Of a DNA stretch of 64,000 nucleotides, positions 1 through 17,106 are shown in pieces; positions within the stretch are counted from its first letter, which is position 1, and each line of letters starts with the position of its first letter. Location of the stretch: the NCBI RefSeq assembly GCF_009914755.1, contig NC_060925.1, one strand, 5' to 3'. A program made the translations under genes and the position numbers. The notes beneath the pieces are model-generated. The model saw nothing but the letters and a program-made list of their open reading frames with translations, ran no database searches and was not told the DNA's origin. This DNA is from the human T2T-CHM13v2.0 reference genome, Homo sapiens.

Positions 1-93
1 CACAGAGCAGTCAGCTCCCCCAGAACACAGGAGTATGAGGAAGGGAAAGGGAAGGAAAACAGCCTTTCCCTGGCAGACCTGGTTGGAACCCAC

Positions 94-289
94 CTGCCTG
101 CTGTGATGGTTGGGGGCACTAGGTGGGCAGTGGAGGTCATCAGGGTGCAGACAGGGCCGCCCCACGTAGGCCTGGCCCACCTGTGCCTTGTCTAGCAGCT
201 CCCGGAAGCCCTCAAGGGAGGCAAAGGGACCCAGCTCCTCCAGCAGCTGCTCTGGATCCAGGTTGGTCCACTGGATATCCGGGCGGCCG
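94..289 (-). CDS. PTCH2: Patched 2, exon 6 (GRPDIQWTNLDPEQLLEEL...CPPSAPNHHSRQ)
   Basis: CTCAG| acceptor, CAG|GTGGGT donor, 196 nt; exons 1-6 total 813 nt in one frame; gene continues beyond position 1. Confidence 0.96.
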
Positions 290-951
290 CTGAGGGAAAA
301 GCCTATAGTTGGTGAGGGTCAGGGATGAAAACCCAGGCTCCAAACTGCTGCTGGGGCGCCATGCTGTACCCCACCCTCCTCTTATCTGCCGATTTGTCCT
401 TCCATATGGAGGGTGTGCAAGCCTCAGCTTCTCAGAACTGCCAGGCTGCATGGGCCCACCAGGGTGCTACAGTGAGCTGTAGAAGAGTACAAGGGGCTGA
501 GACGAATATCAGGGCAGGGTTACCTAATACATAGAAAGGGCCCAGAAAGGCCCCACTGAGTTCCTTACCAAGCTGTGTGCTTGGTTCTAATATACAACCA
601 GCAGGCACATGCCTGTAGCAGGTTTTCTTTCTGGCCTGGGCAATGGCTTAGCAAACACCTAGGTAATTTCCCCCAGCAAAGCCTCTTTGTGGGGATCTTT
701 TTCTCCTTTGCTCAGATCTTACAGATCTTTGTGTTTAGTTTTGTGTAAATAAGTCAGGTCTTCCTTCCTTGAGAGGGAAAGAGAAGGAGGATGTGGAGAG
801 AGCCTTGGGGAAGCCCATGCTCTCTGTTCCTGGCCTGGGAGGTAATTAGGACCTTGGTAAGGTTTTGATCATCCTCATTCCCCAGACCCCTCCTTTCTGC
901 TGGGAGAGTCCCCAGCGGGAGATGAAGCAGGGCCCCAGGAGTGGCACTCAC

Positions 952-1043
952 GGCAGGTAGGCGGAGCCCCCTTGGAGTTTGGCTCCCTCCCAGAAGCAGT
1001 CGAGGGGGGTGAGGATCACGCACGGAAACAGCTTCTCAATCAT
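952..1043 (-). CDS. PTCH2: Patched 2, exon 5 ([31 protein letters not shown])
   Basis: GGCAG| acceptor, CC|GTGAGT donor, 92 nt; conserved patched motif TPLDCFWEG. Confidence 0.97.
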
Positions 1044-1220
1044 CTGCCAGGGATACCCCGGGCCACGTCAGTCCTGCCCCACAACCTTTGTAGGATGCCC
1101 TCTGCAATCCCCCTCCTTAGTTTTAAGGGGGCAGATTGCAGGCTGTGGGGCTTGCTCGGTCTCTGAGTCCTCCCACGCTACAGAAAAAGTTCTGCCTCTA
1201 CTCCCTCTCAGGACACTTAC

Positions 1221-1290
1221 CCGCTCAATCATTCCATTTTCAATAAGGGGAACTCCTGACTTGTAGCAGATTTTGTTCAAATCCCAGGAC
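1221..1290 (-). CDS. PTCH2: Patched 2, exon 4 (SWDLNKICYKSGVPLIENGMIER)
   Basis: GCAG| acceptor, CGG|GTAAGT donor, 70 nt. Confidence 0.96.
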
Positions 1291-1397
1291 CTGCAATAGC
1301 CAGGGGCATAGGAGATCAGCAGAAGAGGGGGATTCCCACTCCAGAACCCCCACAGCACGCCTCGCCCCCAGCTGCTCAGGGGCTCAGCCAGACTCAC

Positions 1398-1587
1398 TTC
1401 CCATAGAGTGATACTTGGACTTTACTGGCAGTGAGGGCTGCCTGGAGGTGGAGGCCAAGTGCTTCGGGTGTGAGGATGTTCTCTCCCTCCTGGCGTGCGG
1501 TCTGTATCAGCATCTGAGAGGTGTATGCAGCCTCCTCCCCCAGCTTCTCCTTGGTGTAATGCAGCTCCTGGCTCACCCGGCTGCCCA
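1398..1587 (-). CDS. PTCH2: Patched 2, exon 3 (VGSRVSQELHYTKEKLGEE...VSLYGK)
   Basis: GCAG| acceptor, AA|GTGAGT donor, 190 nt, phase compatible with exon 2; within ORF 1394..1681. Confidence 0.97.
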
Positions 1588-3213
1588 CTGCCAGAGCAAA
1601 CAGAGAAAGCTGGGGGGGAAAGGGCCTAGGCGGGTCAGAACTTGGGAAGGGGGCTTCTAACTCTGAGGCCTCCCCAGACAAGTGGGAGAGGTGCGGCAGA
1701 GAGGAGTCCCTGCCTTATCCCTGAGGGCCTGGTCATGGCCCAGGCCGACTCCCCAGGCTTCTGGGTCCTGGAGCTCTGCCAGGGAAGTGGAGAAGCCTCG
1801 GTTGTGTGGCTCTGCGGATTTCTTGTGTGGTCTAGGGCTTAAGCATGAACCAGGTTGGCTGGGTTTTGGGTGTAAACTTAAAAATGACAATCAGCATGAG
1901 CTGGCCGTGGGCTGTGGGGGTTGTAGGGGCATCTTGGTAAGGGAACCCTCGCTCAGTCCCTCTCTGTTCTGGTGGGGAGGACAAGGAGGGCCAATAGGGG
2001 CCAATAGGGAGGCTGCTGCTAGGAGGGTTTCCTAAAAGAACAGGTGTAGGGCTAGGGCTGGTTCTTAGTTCAGGTTGCTCTGGGCAGTGATTTATATCCA
2101 CACACCTTTCTGCAAAGTGTCCTAAGGAGAGGGCAGGGATAGGAGTGTCTGATAATAATGGGTGATAATAATGGGCCCTGTGTTGGTGTGGGGGAGAGGG
2201 AGGATGGGACAGTCATTCAGTGTGCTGCTCCCACTCAGGCAGAAAGTGCATGGAATCAGCTCACGAACCCTGGCAGGGGTGAAATCAAAGTGGGCCAAGG
2301 GGAGGGAGGTGTCCAGATCCTTTTCACCGCCCTCACTGTCCAGACCACAGGGATTCCCGGCGCCAGGCCTGCCATAGTGTCCTGGATCTTAGCGCCCCTC
2401 CAGTCCTGCGTTATGCTGGCCACAGGCTCCTGCTCTGTAACTGGGACCTGGGGGAGGTGGGGACATTGTGAGGGGCTATCACCTAACTATGATGTGGGGA
2501 AGAGTGAGGGCCAAATCTACCTCTGGAGGCTTTGCGGATTTGGTCTGATCTCAGACCCTGCGCTGTTTCCACCTGTCTGGGGGTCTCCTCCTGTTAGTCT
2601 TTGCTGCCTGCTGGGACCCAAACCTACTGCTTCTCTGAGACTCAAGCCCCATCTGAGATCGTCATGTTTCCCAATCTCTTTTCCTTTTTTTTTTTTTTTT
2701 TTGAGACAGAGTCTTGCTCTATTGCCCAGGCTGGAGTGCAGTGGCCTGATCATAGCTCACTATAGCTTCGACTTCCTGGGCTCAGGTGATCCTCCCACCT
2801 CAGCCTCCCAAGTGGCTGGGACCACAGGCACCCGCCACCAGGCCTGGCTAATTTTTAAATTTTTTGTAGAGACGAGGTCTCATCACTATGTTGCCCAAGC
2901 TGGTCTTTTTTGTGGCTCACTGCAACGTCTGCCTCCCGGGTTCAAGCGATTCTCGTGCCTCAGCCTTCCGAGTAGCTGGGATTACAAGCACCTGCCACCA
3001 TGGCCAGCTAATTTTTTGCATTTTTAGTACAGGTGGGGTTTCACGGCCTCCCAAAGTGCTGGGATTACAGGAGTGAGCCACCGCACCTGGCCCCAAGTTG
3101 GTCTTAAATTCCTGGGCTCAAGCGATCCTCCCACCCCAGCCTCCTAAAGTGCTGGGATTACAGGTGTGAGTCACTGCACCTGGCCCTCCAATCTCTTTTT
3201 CAAACCCATGTAA

Positions 3214-3745
<532 letters not shown>

Positions 3746-4340
3746 TAGGCCGAAGGCTGCCGCATGGAAGGGAAGAAGAGGACAGAGATAAGCTCTCCAT
3801 AGTAAGTGGGTTTGCTGAGAGGAAGGAGGCATGGGAGGAGGAAGGAACCCAGAGAGATCTGATAAGAAAGCAAGAGAAAGAAACACGGATAATTTAAAAT
3901 GGAGCATCAAAGAGAATAAAGACTCCTCAGGGGAGAAAATGGGGCAGAGAAAAAGATAAACCTTAGTTGACAAAGATAGATATGGACAGGTGAACTGGGA
4001 TGCATTGTGGTGCAGAAAGGAAGAGTCGATAATGCTTAGTCTGTGCCTTGGGCTCATTAGTTATTCTCTCTGGGTCTCCAGCTCCTCATCTGTCAAACAG
4101 AAACAGTGACTACCTTGGTAGAATTAGAATAAATGCAGGCAAAGTACTTAGGAAATTGCATGGCACACAGTAGGTACAGATGTGGAGTTATTTTTCAATA
4201 GTTGCTGGTAGAGAAATGAAGTGACAGAAAAATGAGAAGGAACTGAAGGAAAGACTGCAGGTGACAGGGGAGGAAATAGGACAGAGGAGGGAGAATATCA
4301 AGATTGATACATGAAAAAACAACTTGTCTCTTTTTTTTGA

Positions 4341-4637
<297 letters not shown>

Positions 4638-5740
4638 TAACTGGTTAACCAATATGGAAAAAGACTCTACCTTATAAATAATAATGTAAATGCAAATACA
4701 AACATCAATAAGTTACTATCTAACAATTTAGCAAAAATTTTAAAATTGATGGCACTCGTTGCTGGTTTACAAGAGTACACTCTAACCCACCATGAGAGTG
4801 TAATATGGTACACTCTTCGGGGGAAAGCAACATTGCAATATATATGCTCCATAATCTTTGGTCCAGAAGTTTCACGTGTAAAGGCCTATATACTATTGTA
4901 GGGACTTAAGCTTTCTCTAGGTGAAATGGGAGTCATGGTAGATTTTGGGCAGAGGGGATCTGACGTTTTCATCACCTAACAATGTATTTTTGTGAATACA
5001 CTATTGTGAGTTGTGAATGATGAGGTGCCCACGAGAAGAAGTCAGGAAACGTGTCCTGGACCAGGTGTGCGCAGGGAACTGTCAAAGACTCCGTGTTTCG
5101 GTACTGCTAAGAGTGAGCCAGGGAGGAGCCAGCGGCAATGCTGGAGAAGCAATCAAGTCCAATTATGGAGGGCCTAGAGTGTGTGCTATGGAGTTTATAT
5201 TTGATTTTACAGAATCTGGTGGAAATCGGTGGAAGGGCACTAAGAAGGGGACTGACTTGGCCAGATGGAGATTGGCCACAGGGTGGTGCTGTGGAGGCAG
5301 ATTTGAAGGTGAAGCTGTCAGCACCTTCCTCCTTTCTAACAGACCCTGATTTCCGTGGCCGTCATCGGAAAGGCCCAGTGATTAGGGACAGCTGGGCTCC
5401 TCCCCAGCATCAGGAGGTGAAACTTGATTAGTTTAAGAAGCCAATCAGTAATTCCATTGCCTTTGCCAAGTGAAGGATTTCGGCATAGGATGCTACATAG
5501 TTCTTGCCAAAGAGAGCAAATGAGAAGTTGGCTGGGAGGCTACTAATACATTTTTCCTCACTTTTTAAAAGAGATGCAAGATCAGGCATGGTGGCTCATG
5601 CCTGTAATCCCAGCACTTCAGGAGGCCAAGGCAGGAGGATCGCTTGAGACCAGGAGTTCAAGACCAGCCTGGGGGCCGGCCAGGCGCGATGGCTCATACC
5701 TGCAATCCCAGCACTTTGGGAGGCCGAGGTGGGCGGATCA

Positions 5741-5990
<250 letters not shown>

Positions 5991-6788
5991 TCAGCCTGGG
6001 CAACATAGTGGGACTGCGTCTCTACAAACAAACAAACAAACAAACAAAAAAATTAGCTGTGCATGGTGGCATGTGCCTGTAGTCCCAGATACTACAGAGA
6101 AAGAGGCAGGAGTACTGTGTGAGCCTAGGAGTTCCAGGCTGCAGTGAGCTGTGATTGTGTCACTGCACGCCAGCCTGGGTGAAAGAGTGAGACCCTGTCT
6201 CTATAAAACAAAACAAAAACAAAAAGAAATGCAAGACAAGAATGATTTCTTTTTCCTGACACTGCAGCAGCCACTTTGAGATAAGTCTGAGGACAAAAGT
6301 CCAGAATGTTGAAGATGGCAGAGGAGAAAGATAGAAAGAAACTGGGTCCTTGCTAATGTCCTTGGGCTGCCAAATTAACTGAATTAACCAGGCTTCCTGT
6401 TACAGAGAATAATAAATCAATCTTCTTTCTTCCTTCTTCCCTTCTTCCTTTCCTTTTCTTCTCTTTTCATGTGGCTAAAAGCATTCTATTATTTAATTTA
6501 ATTTATTTATTTATATATTTTTTTGAGACAGAGTCTTGCTGTTACCCAGGCTGGAGTGCAATGGCACGATCTCAGCTCACTGCAACCTCCGCCTCCTGGG
6601 TTCAAGTGATCTCCTGCCTCAGCCTCCGGAGTAGCTGCGATTACAGGTACATGCCATCATGTGTGGCCAAATTTTGTATTTTTAGTAGAGACAAGGTTTT
6701 GCCATGTTGGCCAGGCTGGTCTCGAACTCCTGACCTCAGGTGATCCACCCCACCCTGGACTCCCAAAATGCTGGGATTACAGGTGTGA

Positions 6789-7010
<222 letters not shown>

Positions 7011-7047
7011 TAGAGCAGTGACCACAAGGTAGAAAGGATGGGTTTGT

Positions 7048-7396
<349 letters not shown>

Positions 7397-7453
7397 TTAG
7401 TAAACAATTGGGTGAACAAGAACTGAGGCTGACTCCTAAGGTTTTAGCTTTAG

Positions 7454-7672
<219 letters not shown>

Positions 7673-7934
7673 TAGAGACAGTGTTTCACCATGTTGGTCA
7701 GGCTGGTCTCAAACTCTTGACCTCAAGTGATCCACCCGCTTCGGCCTCCCAAAGTGCTAGGATTACAGGCGTGAGCCACCGTGCCAGGCCTTTGTAATTT
7801 TCATTTTAGAGAACAATCTGCCTCTGAACGCTTGACTTTACAGTTGGCCAGGAAAGACAAACAAGTCAAATTCCAAGTCTCACTGAGGCAAAGTTAAGGA
7901 GGACCCTGAACTCTGGTCTGGAACACTGTGATAG

Positions 7935-8459
<525 letters not shown>

Positions 8460-8919
8460 TAAAAATACAAAAAAATTAGCCGGGCATGGTGGCGCATGCC
8501 TATAGTGTCAGCTACTCTGGAGAATCGCTTGAACCCGGGAGGCGGAGGTTGCAGTGAGCCGAGATTGCGTCACTGCACTACAGCCTGGGCAACAGAGCAA
8601 GACTTACTCTCAAAAAAAAAAAAAACAGAAAGAAAAAAAAAGATTTTTACCTCACCCCCAGCCAATATAGGACAAGAGTAATATTCTGAAATAAAGGAAA
8701 AAAGCCTAGGAATTGGCTACCATCCTCTTATAAAACCCTCCCCCAAACAACAGCAAAAAACTGCTGGGGTCTAGCCTATCCTATGCTGGAGTATAGGAGA
8801 GAGGATGAGGAAACATGGAGGCTCAAGCAGTGTTTAGATGGGGAGAATGTGGGGAATGGAGAGGGAGGAAGGGAAGGGAGACTGCCTCTGTTGGGGCAGG
8901 AAATCCAAGAGTCATCTGG

Positions 8920-8928
8920 GACCACCCA
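8920..8928 (+). promoter_or_regulatory. GLI consensus site (PTCH2 intron 2)
   Basis: Exact GACCACCCA in an Alu-free island. Confidence 0.55.
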
Positions 8929-9282
8929 GGCAGCAGTGGTGTGGGTGGGGATATGTGTATGTGCGTGTATGCACATCTGTGTCCTGGGGCTGGGGGCAGG
9001 CAGGCAGAGCGAGACATCTGCTCTGGACCCCAGGGCTGGCCTAGAGTGTATATGGATGTGAGAGTCTGCAGGGCTAGGGGTAGGTAGGGTGGGGATGGCG
9101 TGTGGGAGCTCAACAGGCAGGCAAGCTCTGAGAAACATCTGCTGTGGATCCTAGGACTTGCCAGTATTTGAAATAACTCGAGGGTGTGAGACTCCAACCT
9201 GGGTTCTGCCTTTGGGTATGGGCCAGGGCTGAGGGAGTCTACAAAATGCAAATTTCCCAGGGAAAAACAGACTGGAGTTTGA

Positions 9283-10026
<744 letters not shown>

Positions 10027-11091
10027 TTAGGTGGCTGAGGCACAAGAATCACTTGACCCTGGGAGGTGGAGGTTGCACTGAGCTGAGATCACACCACTGC
10101 ACTCCAGCCTGGGTGACAGAGTGAGATTCTGTCTCCAAAACAAAACAAAACAAAAATTAGCTGGGTGTGGTGGCGCACGCCTGTAATCCCAGCTACTTGG
10201 GAGGCTGAGGTGGGAGGACCTGAGCCCTGGAGGTCTAGGCTGTCTCTACTAAAAATACAAAAATTAGCCGGGTGTGTTGGTGGGCACCTGTGATCCCAGC
10301 TACTTGGAGGCTGAGGCACGAGAATCACTTGAACCCGGGAAGTGAGGTTGTAGTGATCCAGGATCGCACCACTGCACTCCAGCCTGGGTGACAGAGAAAG
10401 ACTCTGTCTCAAACAAACAAACAAACAAAAAAACAACCCCCCCCCCCCAAAAAAAACCCCAAGAAAATCATTCTTCTTTTATGCTTCCTTAAGAAAGTGA
10501 GGATTTGATTCCATCTGACCCTGGCTATTGCCTCAAAGTGTGGATTCTGTATTGCTTTTCCATTAAATGGGCCTGGGTGCCTGAGTCCTCTCCCTGCAGG
10601 CTTGGCCAGATTATTTACTCAGTTTCCCCAGCCTTCTAGTTCTAACTTTTCTGATTCTGCTGGTCAGAAGTGATTTCTCCCTACCCTATCTTATACCACA
10701 TAATCACAGGATGCTCTGTATTGTATTTTAGTTATTCCAGCACATATTTTACTTTCTTTGCTACTGAAAGATGAATCTTGTTTTAGCTGCCTTTGTAAAA
10801 CCCTGATGCATTGTCAAAGACACACATAGAAAGTTAGCAATAAATGCTAACGTACAAAATCACAGACAAATATTCTATACACCCAATTCACAAGGTCTAA
10901 CATCTGCAGATGTCCATTTATGGTTGTGGGAGGGAACGGTGTTCCTAGATGCCCAGGTGTAGGACTCTGGCCAGCAGGTGACCCTCCAGCCCCAGGGCCA
11001 GGCCTGCTAGAGCTCAGTAGCCAGCTCCTCACCCCGTTCTTGTCTTGGGCTCACCATACCTGAGCAGCTATGGCCAGTATCCACAACTTAC

Positions 11092-11284
11092 CTTCTACCC
11101 AGAGCTGTTCCAAGTTTGTCTCAATAATGGCCATGCGGAGACCTAATGCCAGGGCCCCAAAGGCCAACAGTCCCAGAAAGAGCACTTTGCCACAATGTCT
11201 CTGGATCCCGCATCCCAGAGAGAAGAGCAGGCCCTGGAAGTAAGCACGAAGCCAGAGTGGAGCCTTCAGGCTCCCAGCTAGGAT
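11092..11284 (-). CDS. PTCH2: Patched 2, exon 2 (ILAGSLKAPLWLRAYFQG...TNLEQLWVE, includes first TM segment)
   Basis: TCCCAG| acceptor, AAG|GTAAGT donor, 193 nt; within ORF 11051..11332; patched-family motif IETNLEQLWVE. Confidence 0.97.
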
Positions 11285-11483
11285 CTGGGATGGAAAGAGA
11301 AGGGTCAGCCAGGCATCACTGCAACAATGCATGAAATCCTTCCCTTCTCACCCTGTATATCTGCTGCCCAGCCCTCGCTTCTTGATTTCTGGATGTGGGA
11401 CAGGGAGCACCAACACAGACACAGGCCCAGACTTGGAAGATGTAACACCCACCATCCCCAGCACACACCTGAGGAAGGCATAG

Positions 11484-11690
<207 letters not shown>

Positions 11691-12093
11691 TAGTAGAGAC
11701 AGAGTTTCCCCATGTTGGCCTGGCTGGTCTCGAACTCCTGACCTCAGGTAATCTGCCTGCCTCAGCCTCCCAGTGTTGGGATTACAGGCGTGAGTCACCG
11801 CGCCCGGCCGGCATAGGCCCATTTTCTGAGAGCAGGATACATATGTACACACACCTGTCGTCGGGTGGACACAGAGGTGAACCCACAGACATTCATTCTC
11901 ACTGGCCAGACGATGAGGAGACACCGGCACAGACACACCGACACACACGCACAACTTGCTTGCGGTGCTAGCTCTCACTTGCCTTCAGACATCTAATGAC
12001 ACTCGGCACTTCAAGACATCACAAACCTTGCAGAGGCCCGAGTGACAGACCTGGCTCCGCTCTCTTCCTTCTTCCAGCTCCCCCTCTACTCAC

Positions 12094-12165
12094 CTGGGGT
12101 GCTGCGGTTCGAGCTGGGGGTGTGTAACTCGGGGGCAGCTCTCTGAGGGGCGGCGATCGAGTCAT
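12094..12165 (-). CDS. PTCH2: Patched 2, coding exon 1 (MTRSPPLRELPPSYTPPARTAAPQ)
   Basis: ATG at 12165-12163 in GCCAGCATG context; 72 nt; donor CAG|GTGAGT; peptide matches recalled PTCH2 N-terminus. Confidence 0.97.
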
Positions 12166-12204
12166 GCTGGCGGGGATGGGGGGCGCGGGCGCCCCCAACC
12201 CGCG

Positions 12205-12222
12205 TTATCTGGGCGCTCCCAT
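12205..12222 (-). other. Candidate uORF (MGAPR*) in the PTCH2 5' leader
   Basis: ATG GGA GCG CCC AGA TAA, ending 39 nt before the main ATG. Confidence 0.55.
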
Positions 12223-12628
12223 AGGCTAGCCCGGTCTCCCGGTACCGCTGGGCCCCGCGTAGGGATTCAGTGGGGCCGCCAAGGCGCGGGCGTGGGAGAG
12301 ACTGTGGGGTGTGGGTGTTAAAGCGGCTGGGAGGGAGGAGTGCAGGGAGCTGCGGGTCCGGGGCGCGGCGCCGGGATTCACCCGCTCCGTGGGCCGTGGG
12401 CCGCGGCGGCTGGAGGAGGAATGGGTCCCGCGCGCAGGCGGAATTGCTGGCCCGAGACGCACAGCAGGGCTCGAGGTGGCAACTGCAGTCCCCGGGAGGC
12501 GGCTGGAGCTCCAGAAAAGGGAGCTGGCCGGGGCGACGCCCTCCCATTGGCTGAGGGGCCCGCAAATTACCCTAGCCGCGCGGCCCGGCCCGCTGCTAGG
12601 TAACGGCGCCGCAGGGGGCGGGGCGGGA

Positions 12629-12637
12629 GACCACCCA
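12629..12637 (+). promoter_or_regulatory. GLI consensus site (promoter)
   Basis: Exact GACCACCCA next to the GC box; related GGCCACCCC at 12643-12651; PTCH2 is an established Hedgehog target. Confidence 0.8.
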
Positions 12638-12776
12638 GGCTGGGCCACCCCGCGCCTCCCTCCCGCCCGCGGGGCCCCAGGGAGGAGGAGGGAGGGGGAT
12701 CCCGGAGAGGCGCAGCGCCGGCCAAGTGTAAGTCCAGAGGCTTACGCTGAGAAAGGGCCTTTGCGGGCTCTGTTAG

Positions 12777-13076
<300 letters not shown>

Positions 13077-13094
13077 TAGGGCCACAATTTCTTT

Positions 13095-13440
<346 letters not shown>

Positions 13441-13618
13441 CTAACATGCAAATCTGATAGCTCCAAAGCACAAGGCCCACTTGGAGCACAGGGCCCTGTG
13501 TGATCTAGCTAAAGCCTTCTCTCCCATAGTTCCCTCACATCAGTGTTCCCTCGTTCCTGCCTTTGTACATGTTTTGGTCCTTTTGTCTTGGCAGATAATC
13601 TTCAAAAACTGAACTTGA

Positions 13619-13909
<291 letters not shown>

Positions 13910-15831
13910 TAGGCGTGAGCCACTGTACCCAGCCTACCCCCTCTTTGAAACCTTCCTTGATTCATGTCTCTCTCCTGGCAGATAATTGCTTCTTTGTGCT
14001 CTGCATAACAACTCAATTTATATATGTATAATTGCATTTATGACACAAAAACTTATGTACTTGAAAGTCTGCCTTCTTCACCAGACAATAAATAGGTGCT
14101 TAATAATTGTTGAGTGAGTCACTAAGAGTTGCAGAATTCAGGGTGTAAAGGATTGGAAATTGGGAAGAATAGAGGCAATAGTCCCTCTATTAAACTTTCA
14201 ACTATCCTATCTGAGTGTGCTGTTTCTATTGGGTTCCTGATTGATAAACCTCAAGTGGCAGAGTAGGGTAAAATCAATATTCCAATATGTAAAGTTTGAG
14301 AAAGAGAAAATGAATCTACAATAAGCTAATTTTTCTAACACAAGTACTATTATCTCTGGCAAATTTCTTGGTCAGTTCTTCCAGACTTAAAAAAAATCAT
14401 TCCATCATAAATATTTCATGTTACTATGTAGTTTTTGTAATCAATCATTTGGAGAATATCCTTAGGACAGATTCCCAGAAGTGGGTTGTTTGGGTCAAAG
14501 AGTATGAACATTTTTATGGCTCTTGATACACACTGCTCAACTGATTTTTTGAAAGCTTGTGCAAATTAACATCATCTCTAGAGCCTCAGTCCTGGGGAAG
14601 AGGAACATTTAGGTTGAAGGGGTGAACACCTAACAGGTTTGCCATTTCCATTTGTCCATTCACCCAGAAAAATGCCTATGGAGGAACTAATATATGTATG
14701 ATGCTGTTGGCCAAACAGTAACTGCACATGAAAAGCAGCCTACCTGAATAGCACTTTCTTCTCCCTGTTATAGAGTGTGTCCTGCTGAGGATAAAGTGGC
14801 ATGGTAGCTCATGCTTGTAATCCCAGCCCTTTGGGAAGCTGAGGCGGGAGGATTGCTTGAGGCCAGGAGTTCAAGCCCTGGCAACATAGTGAGACCCCAT
14901 CTCTACAAAAAATAAAAAATTAGCTGGGTGTGGTGGCGCACACCTGTAGTCCCAGCTACTTGGGAGGCTGAGGCAGGAGAGTTGATAGAGGCTGCAGCGA
15001 GCTGTGATTGTGCCATTGCACTCCAGCCTGGGCGACAAAGTGAGACCCTGCCTCAAAAAACAATAATAATGATAACATAAAAAATTTAAGGTTAAAAAGA
15101 ACTGTACCCCTAGCAAGTCTCTGAAATAGAAACAGCCTCTAACTTAAGTCTGTATGGGCCCCTAGTTTGCTCTTGGGGCAATAGCTGAAGACAGGGAGTG
15201 GCCTGGACTCAGCACTGGTTGTCATCAGGAGTACAACTCCCGATGCTATGCTTTAAGTAAGTCTTAATCTCCTTCCTTTTTACCAGACTCTGCAAGACAT
15301 AAGGTCCATGAATAAATAGATTTGTAACCACTTGGGCCTTGGGACTCTGCTTTCATCATAGGCCCATCACTGCTAACAATTGTGACAAAGTCCACCATTT
15401 CTATGGATGCTTCCAAGGCCAAGTCTGTCTATTAAGGAAACCTCTTGCCTTATAGTTCAAAGACTAGGATGGAAGAAATGGGTCTACAGTTTCCAGCCTT
15501 TCCAACCTAGGGCCTAGTGCTGTCTGGCTGCTCCAAGCTACAAAATGACCTGTCTTCTCCCAAACAAAATGGTTTCCTGAGCCCAGCTAAGCTCAGCCAG
15601 AGCCAAAGCCATAGACCCCAGGAATAGGAAGGGATAAAGAGGCTTCTCTTCTCTTTCTGCAAGCAGCCTCCTTTATGATAGAACAGCTTGTTTCACTGTC
15701 ATTTCCACTGGTCCTGGGTACGTGTTTTGGGCCTAAACTAGAGATATTCTCCAAATAACAGGATAAAAGCAATCTAATTAAATCTCATTACTGACTCATG
15801 AAACAAACGTCTTGGGATCTCCTTTTTTTAA

Positions 15832-15972
<141 letters not shown>

Positions 15973-17106
15973 TGACACCACGCCTGGCTAATTTTTTTGT
16001 ATTTTAGTAGAGACAGAGTTTCACCGTTTTGCCCAGGCTGGTCTTGAACTCTGAGCTCAGGCAATCCACCCGCCTCGGCCTCCCAAAGTGCTGGGATTAC
16101 AGGCATGAGCCACCGCGCCCAGCCTTGGGATCCCTTATGTGTCCATTCCTTTGCTGGGTTCTGGTGTTGCAGGGTACCTGCTTTTTAGAAGTTCATAGCC
16201 TGAGGGGGAGCACAGAGACCACAGGGGAAACCACTGAGTTGGGGGTACTCAGGGATGTTTCCAGAAGTGAAAGGAACTGGATGGGAGAGGTGGGAGGATG
16301 ACAGAATCTAAAAGGAAAAGGAATGGCTCATGGTCTGGATCTTTCATTTGCTGGTTGTGAGATCTCGGGGAAGTCACATAATCTCTGACATTAACATAAG
16401 GATTAAATGAGATAATACATATGGCTGAAGAACAGTGCCAGGAAAAGTGAGGCAGCCCACACTCACATACACACAGTGCTGGGTAAAGTGACCAGTCTGG
16501 CTTCAGGGGTGGGTTCATGTGGGAGTTAATTCATGGTGGAGGCAAGGCAGGCTTGCTTTCTCTGGCATTCCTCTAGGCTTCTCACTCGCCAGCTTTTGGC
16601 TGCTTCTGTTATCTAGGCCAAGCAGAGTCAATGACCCTGAGATGTGGAGGAGGGAAGTGGGGGTCCTGGGCAGCCCCATCACCACCTGTTATATTTAGGG
16701 GCCAAGCCTGGATATGTATGCTCCTTCCCTGTGGGCAGGTTGAGGCCAATAGCACCTATCAAGTATTTGTTTGTTTGAGATGGAGTTTTGCTCTTGTTGC
16801 TCAGGCTGGAGTGCAGTGGTGCCATCTTGGCTAACTATAACCTTCACCTCCTGGGTTCAAGCGATTCTCCTGCCTCAGCCTCCTGAATAGCTGGGATTAC
16901 AGGCGCCCGCCACCACGTCGGGCTAACTTTTTGTATTTTTAGTAGGGATGGGGTTTCATCATGGTGGCCAGGCTGGTCTTGAACTCCTGACCTCAGGTGA
17001 TCCACCCACCTTGGCCTCCCAAAGTGCAGAGATTACAGGCGTGAGCCACCGCGCCTGGCGTACCTATCAAGTATTTGGTGCCAGGGCTGCAGCCAGAGAT
17101 TAGGGA

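Larger units (their letters stand above)
12100..12770 (-). promoter_or_regulatory. PTCH2: PTCH2 CpG island / promoter / 5' UTR
   Basis: Very CpG- and GC-rich; minus-strand CCAAT at 12546-12550; GC box GGGGCGGGG at 12615-12623; directly upstream of the ATG. Confidence 0.9.

Noticed and set aside
2158-3027. 289 aa plus-strand ORF and many other 60-190 aa ORFs ([20 protein letters not shown] type)
   Set aside because: Alu-derived translations or chance ORFs with no splice or homology support
11053-11060. Two alternative donors 32 and 37 nt past PTCH2 exon 2
   Set aside because: Both frameshift, the canonical AAG|GTAAGT donor is stronger, and there is no evidence of use
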